NCBI GenBank assembly: GCA_049999805.1
Contig: JBNGIO010005748.1
Coordinates: 100,801 to 139,510, forward strand
Reading direction: 5' to 3'
Source: Folioceros fuciformis
Taxonomy: Eukaryota
Length of the DNA: 38,710 nt
Each line of letters starts with the position of its first letter. Within the stretch, counting starts at the first letter, position 1. The position numbers were made by a program, and so were the translations under genes. The notes below the pieces were generated by a model that was not told the origin of the DNA, did not search any database, and saw nothing but the letters and a program-made list of their open reading frames with translations. Below, piece after piece: positions 22,580 to 33,803 of the stretch.

Positions 22580-23265
22580 TAGTTCAATCATGGACACAGT
22601 TTTCAGCTTAGAGGGGTACTTCATGTTCCTAGTATGACCAAAAACTTGCGTTCAATACGCAAACAAACCTGTGATCACAGCCTGCAAGTCATATTTACCG
22701 CAAGTTGGTGTGTAGTCTCCTCAGTTTCACAACCCTCGCTAGTCCTAGCTAATGGTTTTCCTTACCATGACCTATATCATCTGCATATTACCACCAAGCA
22801 TGTTCAGTCAAACACACAGCAAGCTTTTGTAGCAGATGCTAAACCAGCAGTAAGTCCCTCTTTTTTATGGCACTGTAGATTAGGGCACCCTAGTCTAGCA
22901 TGCATAGATAGAGTAGCGAAAAATAAAGCCTTGTACAAAGACGGGCTTACCATCAAACTTGATGCCACACTTTTTTGTGAAAGCTGTCAAATTGGGAAAC
23001 TTACTCAAAAGCCTTACAATGACCCCTCGCCTACAAGAGTTATACACTCGGATGTTTGTGGACCCATGTCTACATAATCCTTTGGAGGAGCAGTGTATTT
23101 CTTGTCATTGTTAGATGAATGGAGCCCCTTCTGCAAGCTCTATTTCCTTCACCATAGACATCAAGTTTTCAGCAAATTTCAGGAATATGTAGCCATGGCA
23201 GAACCTCAAACAAGCTCCACCATCAAACGCCTACGGACTGACAACGCCAAAGAGTAGTTCATATC

Positions 23266-23855
23266 TTACAGATAGTGGTTGTGAGGAGCATATGGTTCTT
23301 ATAACCAATGTTTTACTCAAATAACAAAAGGAGAGGTTGCATGCAAGTCTATGGTATGGGATACTCATAAATGAAGGGACAAACAAGATGAAGGTGCAAC
23401 AAATAATTATTTATGTATATTATTTGCATAATGGGATGGTATGAACGGATTTTTTGAAGCTAGCCAATATCACAAGTGCATGTAAGGAAGGGATCTTCAA
23501 CACCTTGGTTGAGCAATTACAACTCTTTAATCTGGGCATCAAAAAAATGAGTGGATTTGGAAGCGATGAAGCATCAATCATGGTTGGCAAGGGCCAAGGC
23601 CAAGGAGATCACAATGTTGTGAAGTTTCTGCATATTGTAAATATGTGTTTTGCTCAAACTCATTGTGTTACTCACTGCACGGCACTTGCAACTATAGATG
23701 CTGCATCCAAGGTTCCTGACTTTGAGGTGGTGGACAAGATTGTCAAGAAATTGCACGCTGCTCTTCGTCATTCAAGCAAGAAGACTACGGTTTTGTGTAA
23801 ATAGAAAGTGCAATTAGAAATGCAAGTCTTAACTGTATTAGGAATTCATGACGTC
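23266..23855 (+). pseudogene. Degraded hAT (ZNF862-like) transposase, middle part, inverted relative to the other two parts
   Basis: TDSGCEEHMVL...MSGFGSDEASIMVGK...THCVTHCTALATIDA...LRHSSKK...LGIHDV, matching the hAT GxGSDGASVM and HCxxHxxxL motifs. Confidence 0.82.
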
Positions 23856-24082
23856 TGATAAACTCGCAAGAGCGTGACCATGAGGCATGGCCTAAAAAAC
23901 GCAAGGAGCACACACAAAAAGATAGTTCATATCAAGAAGAAGGGTATTAAAATACAGAAAGAGTTTTGTAACCATTTTAGTGAACAAATCCTAATTCAAA
24001 CTTAAACCAATAACGGTTCATAGTTGGATGGGTAGCTAGTTAGGGCTGCTATGATATATAATAATAATAATATATCTTAATA
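23856..24082 (-). repeat. 3' LTR of Copia element A (227 bp), inverted relative to the 5' LTR
   Basis: Its reverse complement aligns with 20239-20462 (about 13 substitutions plus one extra TTA). On the minus strand it is preceded by the polypurine tract GAGAGGGGG (24091-24083) and followed by GACGT (TSD copy). Confidence 0.92.
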
Positions 24083-27000
24083 CCCCCTCTCAGGCCTAAC
24101 CAGGCAACCTTCAGATGTAGTGAAAACTAGGCCGAAAAAGAAAGAAGTATGGGTTAGTCAGAGTTTGGAAATGATCGGCTGCAAATAGCTAAGGAAATCT
24201 CGTCCACTCATTCACAGTCTCTGAACGGCAGGCAATCCAGATAACAATGATCACAAAGCAAGTCTGGCCGTTGCCAGCCACACTCTTGAGCTGGTTGCTC
24301 ATAAACCCTGAACAAAGCGCGCGACACACCATGCAGGGGTTGAGGAGTGACTGGAAGCTGCGCCCAGCTGAAAGAAAAAGGGGCGCACACCCTATTGTGA
24401 GGTGAGGTGCGCGTCATGGAGCTGAGGGAGGCACACAAGCCGGAGTGTCTGGAGGAAAAAAACTGCTGCAGAATCGCCATGTGAGTGCGCATCTACTGCG
24501 CGCTGGAGCTGGTTGGAATCTGCTGCAGAATCGCTGAGAGTGCAACACATCCATTGCGTGCGGGAGTGACTGGAGAGTTGTAGGGTGCCCGCGCACTAGA
24601 GTGACTGGAGAGCTGCTACAGAATCGCCATAAGGGCAACGCGTCCAACAATAGACGCTGAGCTGCTAACCTGACTCCCTCCAGCGACATAGGTCCAAGTT
24701 CAGCGCTGCTACCTGATTCGCTGTGCATGATGCTTCATCTAGACATCGCTGCTGGTCTTAACGAATTTGCTCTTGGTTCTGCAGGAGCCGTGGATCTGCA
24801 AGAACCCTGGTGCTGCATGAGCCCTGGTTCTATAGGAGCCTGGTTCTTATTCTCTTGTAGTCCCAACGATAGCCTGTGCTGCTCATGTAACAATCTCGAT
24901 AGGCCTTTGGTGAGCAAATCTGCTATATTTTGCGTTGTTGGTATATAGGCTAGTTGGATAATTTTCTGCTCGACTGCTTGTTGAATATAGTGGAACTAAA
25001 TCTCGATATGTTTGGATCGTGCATGTAAAACAGGATTCACAGAGAGTGCTATAGTAGACTGATTGTCACACTGCAGGATAGTAGGCTTGGTTTGCTGCAG
25101 GTGTATTTCGGAGAGAAACTATCTAATCCACGTAATCTCTCTAGCTGCAAGGGAAAGTGCGCTGTATTCTGCCTTTGTTGAAGACAGGCTAATCGTCGAA
25201 AGCTTTTTGCTCTGCCAACTAATAGCTAATCCACATAAAAGTGTGCAGTATGCTGCTATCGACTTCCTATTGTCAACATCACCAGCCCATTCATCGTCCG
25301 AAAAACAGGTGAGGCTGAAAATACTTGCCTTGGTATATGTTAGACATAGATGTCTAGTGCCTTTCAAATAGCGTAGGATACGTTTAACAGTGACCCAATG
25401 GCGTTTTCCAGGGTTGGATAGGAAACGTGAAACAATGCTTGCTGCTTGTGAAATATCAAGCCTTACCCAGCCAGTGAGATAAAGTAAATTGCCCACAACC
25501 TCTCGATAAGGTACAACTGCCATTTCTGCCTTGTCTGAATCTGTTACAGGGCAGTCCTCAAGTGATAGCTTCTCACCGGCTGCAACTGGGGTGGCTACTG
25601 GATTAATATCTTGCAGGTTGAATTTAGATAAAAGCTGACAAATGAAATGCTCTTGATGTAATGTGACAGATCCTGCTGTGAGGTTGAAGAAAAACTGAAT
25701 GCCTCAAGCGAACTGAAGAGGGCTTACATCTGTCATATCCCACTCTTCGGAGAGCTGCTACTTGACTTCTGTAAGGATTTCATTGTCACTTGCAAAGATG
25801 AAATTATCATCAACGTAGAGGGCAATAATGCATAGCTGGCTGTTCTTGCACAAGATATAAACACTGATGTCAGCAGTAAGAGGCACAAAACCTAAAACAC
25901 GAAGCTTTGCATCTGCTCTTCCATTGCAGATGCGTGCGGACTGTTTCAACCCATACAGCGACTTCATAAGCTCACATACCAGGTCAGGATCTAATACATA
26001 ACCCTCAAGCTGCTGCATGTAGATTGTTTTGTCTAAAGGCCCATTTAGAATTGTTGTTTTTACTTCCATCTGATGGACAACAAGTTTATGCTGAACAGCA
26101 AAAATAATAGAATTCTCATTGATGTAGGCTTGACTACGGGGCTAAAAGTCTCGTGATAATCGAGGCCTTGAACTTGAGTGTAGCCCCGTGCTACAAGGCG
26201 GGCCTTGTATGTAGCAACAGATCCATCAAGATGAAGCTTAAGTTTAAAAACCCATTTTGAGGTAATAGCTTTCCGTCCAGCAGGCAATTTGACAAGCTTC
26301 CATATGTGGTTGTCTATCAAAGATTGATACTCACTATCAATGGCTTTCTGCCACTCTACCTTTTGGGGTGAACTAAGAGCTTCCTTATATGTCATAGGTG
26401 TATCAGGAGGCTCCATTATGGTAAGAGCAATGTGCTGAGCCATCTCTGCTAGACTAGCTCGCACGTTGTCTGAAGCATTTGATGTTGCACGAGAGACAAA
26501 AGAATCACTTGGTGTGTAGGGAGGTTCCAACCAGGCTTCTCTTGGACGACGTGTCCGTGCAGACCTACGTAGAGGTAACTGATCTTGTAAAAGCTCTTGT
26601 TGTGGCTCAACAGCAACACGGACAGGTGTTGGTAAATTAGGATCTAATATATCATCAATGAGATGGGGTGGACCGGGGTCATCATGGTTCTGGAAAGGAG
26701 GCTGATCATCATCAGGTGGTATGTCAATATTAGGCTCATCAAAGTCAAGTGCTACAACAGCTGGTAGGCGTGCTTCATAATTCAAAGGTTGAGGTTGACT
26801 TAAAATTTCATCATCAAAATCTAACTAGTGGTATATGTTTTCTTCATAATCTGACTGTACAGGCTGGTTAGTGAAAATTGTAGAGGGTGTGTGTCCATTG
26901 ACGGAACCTACAGGTATGGCGTCATGGCTAGTGCTACTATGAGCGTGTGACTCTAGGATGAAAGCTTCACTAAAACTTACACTGCGAGCAATACATAGTT

Positions 27001-27359
27001 CCCTTGTAAGGGGATAAACAAGCTTATAGCCTTTGACTGTGTCGGAATAGCCGACGAACACATGTTTCATTGCCCTATTGTCCATCTTATAGCGCTTATC
27101 AACAGGAATATAGGCATATACCACAGCACCAAAAACTCGAAGGTGACCAATAAGTGGCTTGTGTCCATACCATCTTTCAAAAGGAGTTGTGTCGTACAGA
27201 GGTTTAAGGGGCAGCCGGTTGGCGACGTAGTTCACAGAATCAACAGCTTCTGCCTAGGAACCCTTGGGTTGTCCTGCTATTGTAAGAACTGCCCTTGAAT
27301 GCTCCTGTAGTGTGCGATTATACCTTTTTGCATATGGATTCTGAGGAGGATCATATGAA
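23856..27359 (-). mobile_element. Ty1/Copia element A, 3' half: rest of integrase, SH3-like region, RT, RNase H, 3' UTR, PPT and LTR (degenerate)
   Basis: Minus strand: YDPPQNPYAKRYNRTL...AEAV...YVANR, HLRVFG...FVGYSDTVKGYK, WKLVKLPAGRKAITSKWVF...YKARLVARGY, LYGLKQS, LYVDD, PYREVVGNLLY...FSDDEWAGD...ISWQSKK...AEY, MLTKGL. Confidence 0.92.
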
Positions 27360-27715
27360 AATCCTTCTTAGCAATGAAATAGGTGAACTTCAACAAGTTG
27401 AGAATTTCCTTATCCTTTTTTGAAAAAATGCATTTCCAAAGTTCGTTGCCTGATTGGTTGTTGAGCCTTGGCTTGGGCTTGCTCCATCTTTAGATACACT
27501 AAATGATATGTACTCCTTGTATGGTTCTGCAATGCACTCTTTTGAAAGTTTGACTGCCAGCTTTTACCCAAGCTTTGAGTTGCAGCCTTAGCTTGTCCCA
27601 CTATACCATGACCATATATTTCACAAACAGCACAAAACATGCGATTCTCTTTATTGATTGAGCGCAACTCCACCCAATGAAATGCAACCTTCTATTCTTC
27701 CTTAAAGACTCTTGC
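27360..27715 (-). pseudogene. Degraded hAT (ZNF862-like) transposase, N-terminal zinc-finger part
   Basis: After an acceptor-like TTTTGATGTAG the minus strand reads ARVFKEE*KVAFHWV...RMFCAVC...NFQKSALQNHTRSTYH (TTF/C17orf113-type C2H2 pattern) ...LLKFTYFIAKKD. Confidence 0.75.
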
Positions 27716-30700
27716 CTACATCAAAAGAGCATACACAAATTAGTCAGACAATCGATGAGTTTTGCTCAAAACAGAGATCGTGCCTAAATCTCTTAATTTT
27801 CTAATCTGACCATCTATCTAGATGGCATTTACAGGAGACTGGATGACATCTATGCAATCCTACAAGATTCAATCACAACTATACATGATTAGCAAAAATC
27901 ATTAATTCTACATCCTAGCAAGCACAATATGAGCACAATGACAAACCCCTCTGCTAGTAGGGTCTATCAGATTGATAAATTGAGTAGCGTTAATTATCAC
28001 ACTTGGACACCCCGTATTGAGATGCTTCTGTTAATAAGTTCCACATGGACTGTAGTTAATGGCACAAAAGTACAACTTGCAGCCAACCACTCTGACGTAC
28101 GTGCATAGTTGGTCAAGAATGCTTAAGTACGATCTGACATATTGTTGCATGTATCAGATAGATTAATACCTATTATCAAAAGATTAACTACAGCAAAAGC
28201 TATGTGGGACAAGCTCAAATCCACATATCACAAGGGGAGCATGGCTTTTAGGCTCTATGCTCAAGAACAATTGCAATCAAACAAGCTCATAGAAGGCAAT
28301 TCTGTCCTAGATTTCTTAGAAAATTGGCAAGCTTCTCCAGATGCAGTCATCTCCTCTGGATTAACCTTGGATGATGAGACAAAAGTTATGCATTTCTTGA
28401 GAGATTACCCCAATCATAGGGCCCTTTTATCATAGCACAATCAAACAGTGCAACAACCAACAATCCTTTAACCCTTGAGACATTAATCCCTAGAATTATG
28501 CATGAAGCTAGGCTACGGCAATTCCACCTACCTTCGAGTACTCTAGTGAGTACATCTGCCCTGTTTGTTGGTAGCAAGAAGCGCTGAAATTCCGGCAAAC
28601 CATCTTCTTATGTTGGAGGATCCCAACAAATCCCTCCTCCCAACAATCCCGCACATAGGAATAAAATATGCCACTACTGTCTGAAACCAGGGCACATTGC
28701 ACCTCATTGCAAGAAGAAGAAACGAGACAGAGCAGCAGGGATTAAAAACCCTACTCGTACTCCTACTCCTACTCCTGCCTCAGTCAACACTGCTGAAGCT
28801 ACAGGTCAAGGCCTTTCTTATGTATTGTCAACTCAGTCTCAAACATTGAATCATCAGTCTACCCAAGATTCATGGCTCCTATATAGCGGAGCCACAGAGC
28901 ACATGACACCAAGGAGGGTTTAGGGTACTTACCTCACCTATCTTTGAGACATACATCTACAAGCCCATGGAATTCAACACCAGAAAATTGTGCCGTACTC
29001 ACATTAGCAATTGGGCAAGGCCGAAAGACGCCATTGCTTAATAATTGATGGAGTTCGCAGCAGTCTCAACACCGCAGGCCTCCCGAATTATTTGTGGGCA
29101 AAGGTCGCTGCCTCTGTCTGCTATGTACAAAGCCGCTGCCAGACTTCAACTATCGTAGATAAAACACCTTATGAACTGTGGACGGGGAAGAAACCAAATG
29201 TTAGCCATCTCTGCATCGTTGGATGTACGGCATATAAATATGTTCCACCAGAGATTCGAAAGAAGCTGGATCCGCGCTCCATCAAACTTACCTTTGTAGG
29301 ATATGGGCAAGATGCCGACGTGAAGGGTTATCGTCTTTACGATCAACAAACCCACTGCTTCCCATAGGAAGAAATGTGATCTTTGATGAAACTTCTATCC
29401 TCGGTAATTCCCCTTAAGATACGCTTCCTGCAAAGCATGAAATGCCTCAATCAACAACTCAAGTTGTTACCACCTTTGAGGAAGAATTCCCTCCAGCGCC
29501 ACCTCCAAATCGTATAGTTCCTTCGGCTGTTCCACTAACCCCTTATACTGGAGAAGACCCTTCCGATCCCTACGACTATGACTCGGACACTGAGTCTTAT
29601 GGCCTTCTGCTAGGGGTCGGGCCTGGTCCTGCTCAGCCAAAGGGGCGCATCATACAAAATCCTAATATTGCTGTGCAGGATCAACCAGACTCTCCAGAGC
29701 CCATAAGATAATTTACAAGATCCAACAGAGCGATTCCTGAAGTAAAATATTATGACCTCACTTTTAACAAGTCACATGGCACTTCCTCTCATGCTCTGTT
29801 CAGTGCTGATATTGTCCCTGTCAAACAAGCTCTTGAAGGACCAGAATCTAACTACTGGAAGCAGGCAATGAATAGTGAATATCAATCCTTGATTTCTATC
29901 GATACATGGACTTTGGTTGATTCACCAAACAGACAGAACATTGTCGGAAGCAAATGGGTGTTACAAAAGAAGCACAATGCACATGGCTTCTTAGCTAGAT
30001 TCAAGGTTAGACTCGTAGCTAGGGGCTTCCAACAAAAAACCAGAGTGGATTACTCTGAGACAAGTATTTTCAGCCCAATTGTTAAACTCACCTCTCTACG
30101 TGTGATGCTTGCTGTAGCTGCTTTGCATGGTCTCCTTATACATCAACTAGACGTGGAGACGGCCTTTCTACATGGGATTCTAAAGGAGGATATCTACGTA
30201 CAACAACCTCCTAGGTATGAAGTTTCTGGACAGGAGTCCAAGGTGTGCAAACTTAAGAAAACCCTTTATGGTCTTAAAAAGTCTCCAAGAGGCTGGTACG
30301 AACGCTTCCAAACACATTTGCTCAAACTTGGCTATGTGAAAAGTTATGTAGATTCCAGTGTATTCATAAGAAACAGAGGTCAGCTGTTACTCATGATGGG
30401 TCTCTATGTTGATGACTTGATTATGGTTTCCAATGATGAGAAGTACTTACTTGAATGCAAGTATGCTCTTAGGCAAGAGTTCAAAATGACTGATAATGGC
30501 AGCATGATGTACTGTTTAGGCATTCAGGTTATACAAGATCCCTCTCATCACACTGTCACTCTACATCAGGGAACGTATGTTGCTAATCTACTTACCAAGT
30601 ATCATATGTCTAGCTGTAAACCTGTTGACACACATATGCAGACAAGTGCTAGACTAAGCAAAACCATGTCACCCTAAACAGATGATGAGATGAAGTTAGT

Positions 30701-31411
30701 CCCATATGCTAATGTAGTTGGCAGCGTTCAACATTTAGCTCAATATACTAGGGTAGATGTAGCATGTTCCAATGGCCATGCCTCTCAGTTTCTATCAAGT
30801 CCTGGAAAGTTACATTAGGTGATAGCCAAGAGAATTCTTAGATATCTTCAGCGGACGAAAACCCGTGGGATTCAGTATAAAGGAGGTCCTAATGTTCAGA
30901 CTAAGTTGATTGGTTGGGCTGATGCCGATTGGGCTGGAGATCCGGACTCTTGGTAATACACCAGTGACTATGTTTTCATGCTTACAGGTGGCATAATTAG
31001 TTGGAAATCGAAAAAGCAATCCTTGATTGCTCTTCGCTCAGCTGAATCAGAATACATCGTTGCTGCCTCTGCAACAAAAGAAGGATTATGGATCGTCCAA
31101 CTACTTCAAGATCTTGGATATTCACACAAAAGACCTCTTGAGCTCATGTATGACAACCAAGCTACCATTGCTCTCTCACGAGATCTTTGATTCCACGAAC
31201 GATCCAAGCATATCGAATTGCGTCATCACTTTCTGCAACTGAAGATGGAATTAGGAGAATTACTGCTAAACTATGTTCCAATTGAAGATCAGTTTGCAGA
31301 CATCCTGACCAAGCCTCTCGGGAAAATTAAACATGATGGTTTCTGCCCCTTGTTAAGACTGATAGATTTAGCTTTACCATAGATTCTGATCATTTCGCTT
31401 CAAGGGGGGTG

Positions 31412-31629
31412 TGTGAAAGCAGGCATTTATGAATCTCTACGCTCTGAACAGACACTAAATTGAACAGTCACGTCTCTCGCTGTGTCCAGTCATGTCTCTC
31501 GCTGTGTCCAGTCACGTCTCTCGCTGTGTCCAGTCACGTCCCTTTGTGTCTAGGCGATTATGATGCCTTGGACACTCTCATAAATTAATTCTGTCTGTGT
31601 ACTCAACGCTCTTCGTGTTAAAAATCACA
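31412..31629 (+). repeat. Probable 3' LTR of Copia element B
   Basis: Follows the PPT and has inverted termini TGTGA...TCACA. No second copy in the window confirms the right end. Confidence 0.65.
31465..31550. repeat. 22-bp tandem repeat (3 copies plus a degenerate fourth) within the element B LTR
   Basis: CAGTCACGTCTCTCGCTGTGTC at 31465, 31487 (one substitution) and 31509; degenerate copy at 31531. Confidence 0.9.
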
Positions 31630-33803
31630 TCCTTCCTATCACAAGGCCCCTCGATCACGTATTTCAAGGGATTACAAACTCTCCATTGTAGTCTTCTATC
31701 ACCCCACCCTGCTGGCGCTCTACTTCTACTGGCACTCTAGCTCGAATCATATTTAGAAATAGAAGCATGAGACAAGTGTTATAGTTGAAACTTAAAGCGG
31801 CAACCGCCCTCATTTGGAATGAATTCGAAGATATCGTTGAAGTAAGAAGGCATAGAAGTGGTTTTCTAGACTATTATTCAAATTGATTCCGTGCACCTTA
31901 ATAGACCTGGCTGCAAGTGATGATGTGCGGTGTTTTCCATGAAGAAAGATGGCGTATGGCCAAACGTACCACAAGCGCAAGGGTTTGGGTTCGCAAAGAC
32001 AAAAAAAAGGACACACGCACGAAGAGTTGTACATACACTTCACCGTCCCCCCTTCGGCTAAGGCGCTGTGCTGGACGTTTTTTAATACGATCCGGTCCAT
32101 CCTAGTTCCGTGGATGACTAGTCCGCCTTGTGCAACATTTTGCACATCGGTGGGAGTACACAGGAGATCACTATCCGGGGGTTGAGGGGTTCGAGAAGCT
32201 AGAACCGTGGAGCCATTTCAAAGTGACCGTACGAGTAAAAGAGCACGCGGCTGTGGCACCTCGGAAGTGGCGATGCCGGACACCTACAACTAGGGCTACT
32301 TCAAGTTTCCACCCACTTCCGAGGACAAATCCGTGCAACGGACGCCTTCCTTCCTGTCCGTCCACAGGAAGGAGGCAAAGCATCGACAAGCGCCAGAGCG
32401 AATGCACCACTGGCACTTCCGGGCACGACAGCTCATGCCACGCATGTATGGAATGTTCGATTCTCCACGGTGCTGCGCCAGTAGCAGCACGCCGCGGCGG
32501 CATGCCAACATCTACCCATCGAACCTTCCGTCCTGTGCCCATGGCCATGCCCCTTCTAGAGACGAGAATCGCTCCTTCCCTGAAAGCAGCTGCCTCGAAA
32601 TCAAAGAGCTGTCAGGGTACTCTCAGAGCTCCACAGGCCGGAAAACCAAACCCGAGATATTAATTCATCTCTTGTCATGTCATCCCAGCCCCGACCAGCC
32701 CAGCCCAGCCCCACCCAGCCTGAACGTGAAAGCCAATCTCTACCCCACCCACCAACTTGTATGTTTCTCGTCTCGATCGATGAGTCGGCTGAGTTGGGTG
32801 CAAAAATAGGCAGTCGGAACGGGGTTCCGTGCCCGACCGCACCACAAACTGCAGATCTGCCAAGTTGCGGAAGGATAAGATCGCCACGCCACTTGGTGCA
32901 CTTCCAGCGGGCTTTGTTCCAATTAGCTCCGCTTTGTGGGGGAAATGTAGGTTTTTCCCACACCGGCGCAGAGTCTTCGCCTTTCCAAGCTCCCGACGGC
33001 GAGCCGGCGTGTTATTCTTGCTCCTCTCACCGTCCCGAATTCCGCGCACGCGCTTACCTTCCCGCCGCCTGCAGGAATAACACGTTTACGGTGTCGGTCC
33101 CATAATCAGATGCGTTATGTCATTGTATGACGTAACCTGGCTTCCGGGGCTCACCCCACGGAGCTAATACGATGCACGACAAAACGAACACGAAGACACA
33201 GACGAATTAGACCACCAGTGCCCAGCGATGAGACGTGGCGTGGCGCATCGGGAAGCCTAGAATCCCATCAGACAACGAACGAGTAGGGAGATATTGTGGT
33301 TTTATTCGATGCGGTGGTTAGGATCGATTAGAGAGGGGAAAGCGTACCGTAATTCACATTCGTGGCTTTGGAAGGCGCAGGAAGTGGGCCCGGGTCCTCC
33401 GGGAGGCTCCAGGCAACCTGTCCTTAAAAGGCCACACGCTCCAACTCAGTGTTCCATAACTCCCGCTTCCACTTGCCGTCTTCCAGGTCGCGCCTTAGTG
33501 TGTCAGTCACTCCTCGAGGGCTAGGCCGATTAACACAGCCTGAAGACGCGCGCTAACTCCGCACTCCAAGAGAAAGGCTCTCCAATTCCCGTAGATTTCG
33601 TCTCCTCTGTCAGGACAGCTCTGAAGTCGGACTGCGTTGCAATCTGCTTGCTTGCTTCTCTGCTTGCAAGTCCTTCTGTCTTTGATACGCGTGCTGTATT
33701 TTCTCTTCTGCTCAGAGAGTTGCCGTGGAAAGCGGAGCAGGATTGTCGCAGTGTGCCTTGCTGTTGTTCCTCCTTGCCAGTGCGCATTTTTGCGGGAGGA
33801 GGG

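Larger units (their letters stand above)
20239..23257 (+). mobile_element. Ty1/Copia element A, 5' half: LTR, PBS, gag, zinc knuckle, protease, GAG-pre-integrase and start of integrase (degenerate)
   Basis: Gag 21321 (RFNGSDFAIWEMRM...LLTSLPASY), CNWCQIPGHFEYEC knuckle, WFLDSGATNHIC protease, LWHCRLGHP...CESCQIGK, IHSDVCGP...IKRLRTDN. Stops and frameshifts are present. Confidence 0.92.
27929..31629 (+). mobile_element. Ty1/Copia element B: no 5' LTR, internal deletion, otherwise gag to 3' LTR (degenerate)
   Basis: Gag (IDKLSSVNYHTWTPRIEMLL), CHYCLKPGHIAPHC knuckle, WLLYSGATEHMT protease, integrase end (GKAERRH...YLWAK...PYELWTGKKPNVSHL), RT 29868-30677 (SKWV...ARLVARGF...QLDVETAFLHG...LYGLK...YVDD), RNase H (WADADWAGD, ISWKSKKQ, ADILTKPL), PPT AAGGGGGG at 31402-31409. 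Confidence 0.92.

Noticed and set aside
20239-24082. Long inverted repeats as the TIRs of a DNA transposon or a DIRS-type element
   Set aside because: One copy is followed by a tRNA-Met PBS and the other is preceded by a PPT; they are Copia LTRs reoriented by an inversion. No tyrosine recombinase is seen.
27340-27420. Functional hAT-Copia fusion protein at the inversion junction
   Set aside because: The hAT frame (FIAKKD) and the integrase frame (SYDPPQN) are out of phase, and both partners carry stops.
19031-31711. CAGGGTG at 19031 and CACCCTG at 31705-31711 as the hAT terminal inverted repeats
   Set aside because: Only 7 bp match and the flanking 8-mers (GTGGGAAT and CTGGCGCT) do not form a TSD. 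19031 may still be one end of the element.
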